In this document: positions 60,211 to 64,000 of the stretch, in pieces
How positions within the stretch are numbered: the stretch's first letter is position 1
Layout of the letters: every line of letters starts with the position of its first letter
Assembly: GCA_963805085.1 (NCBI GenBank)
Contig: CAWDTA010000002.1
Location: 1,888,001 to 1,952,000 of the forward strand
Length of the DNA stretch: 64,000 bases
Origin: an uncultured Veillonellaceae bacterium
GTDB taxonomy: Bacteria > Bacillota > Negativicutes > JARBTT01
Direction of reading: 5' to 3'
Notes under the pieces: generated by a model
What the model was told of the DNA's origin: nothing
The model's database searches: none
What the model saw: the letters and a program-made list of their open reading frames with translations, nothing else
Made by a program: the position numbers and the translations under genes

Positions 60211-60310
60211 GTTTCTTATAGTGTCTTCTAGTGACACCTAATTCATAGGTAATAAATTCCTATTAACAATACCATTTCAATTAATCTAGAAAGTCTGAGT
60301 AACTCTGAAT

Positions 60311-60478
60311 TTAAAACGATTTCGACTCATTACCTCCACAAAACGGACAACTACCCCCATATCCATTACCAGAGCAATTAGAACAATAAGTACCACCACA
60401 TTCTTTGCATTTCATCAAAGAACCCATACAAGGTGCATCACTACCACAATTCGGACATTTTCTCACAGTATCATACAT
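60311..60478 (-). CDS. 55-aa Cys-rich zinc-finger-like protein, copy 1 (absent from ORF track)
   Basis: MYDTVRKCPNCGSDAPCMGSLMKCKECGGTYCSNCSGNGYGGSCPFCGGNESKSF; SD AAGGAGG; four CxxC. Confidence 0.82.
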   Translation of the reverse strand: MYDTVRKCPNCGSDAPCMGSLMKCKECGGTYCSNCSGNGYGGSCPFCGGNESKSF

Positions 60479-60585
60479 ATCAATAAAACCTCCTTTTTAA
60501 TAAGAATAATTCTAATATATCAAGTATTGTTGTAAACGAAAACGTTAAAATTGATGTTGAATAAAATATCATCAATCTAGTTATA

Positions 60586-61413
60586 GACAGAAGGGACGTT
60601 CCTTTTTTGACAACAAGATGATATACTCGTTGTAAGAGGTGATAAAAATGTCGAGAGAAGCAAGAAAATTAAGTAAAAGTGGATTTTATCATATAGTATT
60701 TCGAGGAATCAATCATCAAAATATCTTTGAAGAAGAACAAGATTTTGAATATATGCTAGAGATATTCAAAAAATTAAAACAAGAAATGCAGTTTGAAATA
60801 CATGCATATTGCTTAATGACAAATCACGTACATATTTTATTAAAAGAAAGTCAAACAGGAGACATATCAACAATATTAAAAAGGTTACTAACAAAATATG
60901 TAATGAAATTTAATAAAAAATATCAAAGAAGCGGAGCTTTGATAGGAAGTAGATATAAAAGTAAAGTGGTAGAAGTAGACGAATACTTTATTCCATTGAT
61001 AGTATATATTCATCAAAACCCATTAAGAGCAGGAATCGTAAAAAAGCTAGAAAACTATAGATATAGTAGTTACTGTGAATATATAGGGAAAAGAAAATTT
61101 GTCGATGTAAAATTATCCTTAGAAATGTTAGGGAAAAAAGAATGGGTTAAAGCACATCAGCAATTGGTAGAAAATAAATTTCAAGTAGAAGGTCGTAAAA
61201 AGCTAAGTGAAGAAGAAATTCGGCAGAAAATCCTAAAAGATACGAATAATATAGAACCGCAAGGAATAGGAACACTCGAAAAAACAGAAAGAGATAGAAT
61301 ACTACAAAAGTTAAAAAACTCGGGATTATCAATAAGAGAAATAGAACGAGCAACAGGGATATCAAGAGGGATTGTAGCTAAAAGTTGACGAAAAAGGAAC
61401 GTCCCCTAGTGTC
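60586..61413 (+). mobile_element. Y1/HUH transposase unit bounded by inverted REP-like palindromes
   Basis: Left GACAGAA-GGGACGTTCCTTTTT-TGACAAC (60586-60614); right (61384-61413) reverse complement GACACTAG-GGGACGTTCCTTTTT-CGTCAAC. Confidence 0.7.
60648..61388 (+). CDS. Y1 HUH transposase (RAYT/TnpA-REP-like) with C-terminal HTH, copy 1
   Basis: YHIVFRG, YCLMTNHVHILL (HUH), YIHQNP, YRYSSY, GLSIREIERATGISRG. Confidence 0.88.
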   Translation: MSREARKLSKSGFYHIVFRGINHQNIFEEEQDFEYMLEIFKKLKQEMQFEIHAYCLMTNHVHILLKESQTGDISTILKRLLTKYVMKFNKKYQRSGALIGSRYKSKVVEVDEYFIPLIVYIHQNPLRAGIVKKLENYRYSSYCEYIGKRKFVDVKLSLEMLGKKEWVKAHQQLVENKFQVEGRKKLSEEEIRQKILKDTNNIEPQGIGTLEKTERDRILQKLKNSGLSIREIERATGISRGIVAKS

Positions 61414-61414
61414 C

Positions 61415-62083
61415 TCAAATGTGTTCAATTAGTGCTGCCATCGGCATGTTAGCGATATCTTCGGTAGAAAGAAAATCAGTTAAAACCGAAGAAGCGGCAG
61501 CGCCATAGTTATTAGAAAAGGGCTGCTTATCATCGTCGAGAATAGAAAACTCACTAAATTTAAGAAAGATGTTTGAAAGCATATAGGTTTTCTCACGAGT
61601 AAGAGAACGAGCTATATGTAATCGATGGCGAGTTAGACGCTGCAAAGCTAAAAATTGACTGCCGCGCCAAGAAGCAGAGGTAATTCTGCCAACTCTAGCA
61701 AAATCAGCGATAATAAAAGAATCAATTGCATCAGTTTTGCCTAGACCGATATAAGACTTTTTGTAATTGGCAACCATCTTGGGATTTATACAGTAAACAT
61801 GAGTGTCAAATGGCATCAATAATTCACAGGAAGATAAGTAGTTAGCTATGTGAATACCATAGAAAGATGTAGATTCTAAGGCAACAACCAGCTTATTAAG
61901 ATCATGATTTTCAGAAAAAAAATCATGAAACTTTTTAGCCATTTCAACTGCACCTGGTTGATTATTGGGCACAGTAAATCGCAACAGTTTTTGCTCTTCA
62001 AAATCAATAGCGCAAACGACATTTTCGCGGGAACTTATGTCAATTCCCACAAACAAAGTAGAAAGAAGATCCGCCTTCTTCAT
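61415..62083 (-). pseudogene. IS110 transposase, N-terminal DEDD domain only
   Basis: FVGIDIS, ALESTSFY, INP, KTDAIDS; stops after 222 aa without the C-terminal Tnp domain. Confidence 0.88.
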
Positions 62084-62099
62084 AGAAATGTCACCACCT

Positions 62100-62415
62100 T
62101 TCTGGCTGAGAATAAGAAAGATAGAAAAGGAATACCCTGATCTTATTCACTGACCGCAGCCTCGCATAATAAGCATTCATCTGTGAAAGTAAATTTGCTG
62201 GAAAGCTTTCGCCAAGAGACGCAACATCTGTGTAAGCGGTATTTGATGAATAAGGCAGGCGTCAAGCTTTAAAAGCAATAACCAAAAGGTTTCGCAAGGA
62301 GGATAAGACGTTACCTTTGCTAAAATCTCTTAGAAATATTTTAGCATCAAGGGATTCCTTTAAGCATTAAAAAATAAAAAATAAGTTTTGTAAACAATGG
62401 CGGATTATTGTTTAC
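62100..62415 (-). ncRNA. Candidate IS110 bridge RNA
   Basis: Non-coding region upstream of IS110 transposase containing a 13/14 inverted match to the element end and a 7-nt match to the flanking target. Confidence 0.55.
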
Positions 62416-62444
62416 AAAACTTATTATACGAGGAGGAATAATAA

Positions 62445-62750
62445 ATGAAAAAAACAGTAACACTTAAGTATAGTGAAGACGATATACTCGAAATTGTAAC
62501 AGAATATATGGCGGAAAAATATAAGTTCGGAGAGTATCGTTCTAAATCGATGATTTTTGGAACTCCTGGAAAAGATTTAAGATTAGTAGCTACCATTGGA
62601 GATTTAGACGATGAAAGTATTAGAGATAAAAATTTGGAAGAAGTTGATTTAAAAATTGATTATAATGGAGAACATTCAAAAATTAAAGGTATGGATAAAA
62701 ATGATTTATTAATGCTAAAAAATCGGATGAAAGATTTAAAAGAAATTTAG
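62445..62750 (+). CDS. Hypothetical 101-aa protein (possible orphan immunity gene)
   Basis: SD AGGAGG; occupies the same position before the hairpin/zinc-finger module as the immunity gene does. Confidence 0.65.
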   Translation: MKKTVTLKYSEDDILEIVTEYMAEKYKFGEYRSKSMIFGTPGKDLRLVATIGDLDDESIRDKNLEEVDLKIDYNGEHSKIKGMDKNDLLMLKNRMKDLKEI

Positions 62751-62817
62751 GATAAGTGATATTTTTCAGTGTTTCAAAAATTCGAATATTGTCTATACAG
62801 GAGAAAATAGGTAAATA

Positions 62818-62860
62818 AAAACGAGGTCAGTGGACGTAAAAAATCCACTGACCTCGTTTT
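62818..62860. terminator. Hairpin terminator, copy 2
   Basis: AAAACGAGGTCAGTGGA...TCCACTGACCTCGTTTT; compensatory change relative to copy 1. Confidence 0.8.
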
Positions 62861-62958
62861 CATCTCAGGTGCTCTCTAGTGATACTTAATTAATAGGTAA
62901 TAAATTCCTACAAACAATACAATTTCAATTAATCTAGAAAATCTGAGTAACTCTGAAT

Positions 62959-63126
62959 TTAAAAAGACTTAGACTCATTACCTCCACAAAATGGACAACT
63001 ACCCCCATATCCATTACCAGAGCAATTAGAACAATAAGTACCACCACATTCTTTGCATTTCATCAAAGAACCCATACAAGGTGCATCACTACCACAATTC
63101 GGACATTTTCTCACAGTATCATACAT
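62959..63126 (-). CDS. 55-aa Cys-rich zinc-finger-like protein, copy 2
   Basis: Same protein as copy 1; the four nucleotide differences I can see are all synonymous. Confidence 0.82.
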   Translation of the reverse strand: MYDTVRKCPNCGSDAPCMGSLMKCKECGGTYCSNCSGNGYGGSCPFCGGNESKSF

Positions 63127-63295
63127 ATCAATAAAACCTCCTTTTTAATAAGAATAATTCTAATATATCAAGTATTGTTGTAAACGAAAACGTTAAAATT
63201 GATGTTGAATAAAATATCATCAATCTAGTTATAGACAGAAGGGACGTTCCTTTTTTGACAACAAGATGATATACTCGTTGTAAGAGGTGATAAAA

Positions 63296-64000
63296 ATGTC
63301 GAGAGAAGCAAGAAAATTAAGTAAAAGTGGATTTTATCATATAGTATTTCGAGGAATCAATCATCAAAATATCTTTGAAGAAGAACAAGATTTTGAATAT
63401 ATGCTAGAGATATTCAAAAAATTAAAACAAGAAATGCAGTTTGAAATACATGCATATTGCTTAATGACAAATCACGTACATATTTTATTAAAAGAAAGTC
63501 AAACAGGAGACATATCAACAATATTAAAAAGGTTACTAACAAAATATGTAATGAAATTTAATAAAAAATATCAAAGAAGCGGAGCTTTGATAGGAAGTAG
63601 ATATAAAAGTAAAGTGGTAGAAGTAGACGAATACTTTATTCCATTGATAGTATATATTCATCAAAACCCATTAAGAGCAGGAATCGTAAAAAAGCTAGAA
63701 AACTATAGATATAGTAGTTACTGTGAATATATAGGGAAAAGAAAATTTGTCGATGTAAAATTATCCTTAGAAATGTTAGGGAAAAAAGAATGGGTTAAAG
63801 CACATCAGCAATTGGTAGAAAATAAATTTCAAGTAGAAGGTCGTAAAAAGCTAAGTGAAGAAGAAATTCGGCAGAAAATCCTAAAAGATACGAATAATAT
63901 AGAACCGCAAGGAATAGGAACACTCGAAAAAACAGAAAGAGATAGAATACTACAAAAGTTAAAAAACTCGGGATTATCAATAAGAGAAATAGAACGAGCA
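63296..64000 (+). CDS. Y1 HUH transposase, copy 2 (cut by the window end)
   Basis: Sequence matches 60648 onward; left palindrome at 63234-63262. Confidence 0.88.
   Translation, partial: MSREARKLSKSGFYHIVFRGINHQNIFEEEQDFEYMLEIFKKLKQEMQFEIHAYCLMTNHVHILLKESQTGDISTILKRLLTKYVMKFNKKYQRSGALIGSRYKSKVVEVDEYFIPLIVYIHQNPLRAGIVKKLENYRYSSYCEYIGKRKFVDVKLSLEMLGKKEWVKAHQQLVENKFQVEGRKKLSEEEIRQKILKDTNNIEPQGIGTLEKTERDRILQKLKNSGLSIREIERA

Larger units (their letters stand above)
60171..61352 (+). repeat. Direct repeat copy 1 of a >1.18-kb module (offset about 2648 bp)
   Basis: Matches about 62819-64000; diverged in the first ~180 bp, apparently identical afterwards. Confidence 0.93.
61414..62433 (-). mobile_element. 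3'-truncated IS110-family element with intact non-coding left end
   Basis: Transposase fragment plus ~350-bp upstream non-coding region ending at CTTATTATACGAGG. Confidence 0.8.
62819..64000 (+). repeat. Direct repeat copy 2 of the terminator/zinc-finger/Y1 module (runs off the window)
   Basis: Matches 60171-61352. Confidence 0.93.

Noticed and set aside
60648-61388. Y1 gene as an IS200/IS605 TnpA with TnpB
   Set aside because: No tnpB; protein is longer with YIHQNP/YSSY motifs and a C-terminal HTH, which fits the RAYT-like group.

Overview
AT-rich chromosomal window from a diderm Firmicute (most likely Negativicutes: a clostridial-type nif cluster sits in the same window as a two-partner-secretion CdiA-like exoprotein). 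Contents in order: (1) a pectin-degradation island (GH53, two PL9 lyases, GH51) with an embedded short sigma-70-family gene; (2) anfO plus a hypothetical gene, divergent from a Mo-nitrogenase operon nifH-I1-I2-D-K-E-(N-B)-Vomega-Valpha-modABC-mop; (3) a galactitol-family PTS catabolic cluster; (4) biotin carboxylase, uvrC, a PHP protein, a frameshifted chemoreceptor and a signal-peptide-bearing acetolactate decarboxylase; (5) a sigma54/PRD-activated second Gat-PTS operon with dhaKL and long hairpin repeats, then tkt; (6) a 2524-aa CdiA-like toxin with its immunity gene, followed by a duplicated module (terminator, unannotated 55-aa Cys-rich ORF, Y1/HUH transposase bounded by inverted palindromes) and a truncated IS110. 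Best candidates for an undescribed system: (a) four copies of a CCCGTTTAAA-N17/18-TGTATATAA promoter-like motif with a conserved 5' hairpin, one copy lying inside the sigma gene's own last codons, placed before plant-cell-wall enzymes that lack signal peptides, which resembles the TcdR/BotR toxin-sigma logic applied to pectinases; (b) the Y1-HUH/zinc-finger module repeated behind the CDI toxin. All protein assignments come from motif recognition by eye; no database search was run.
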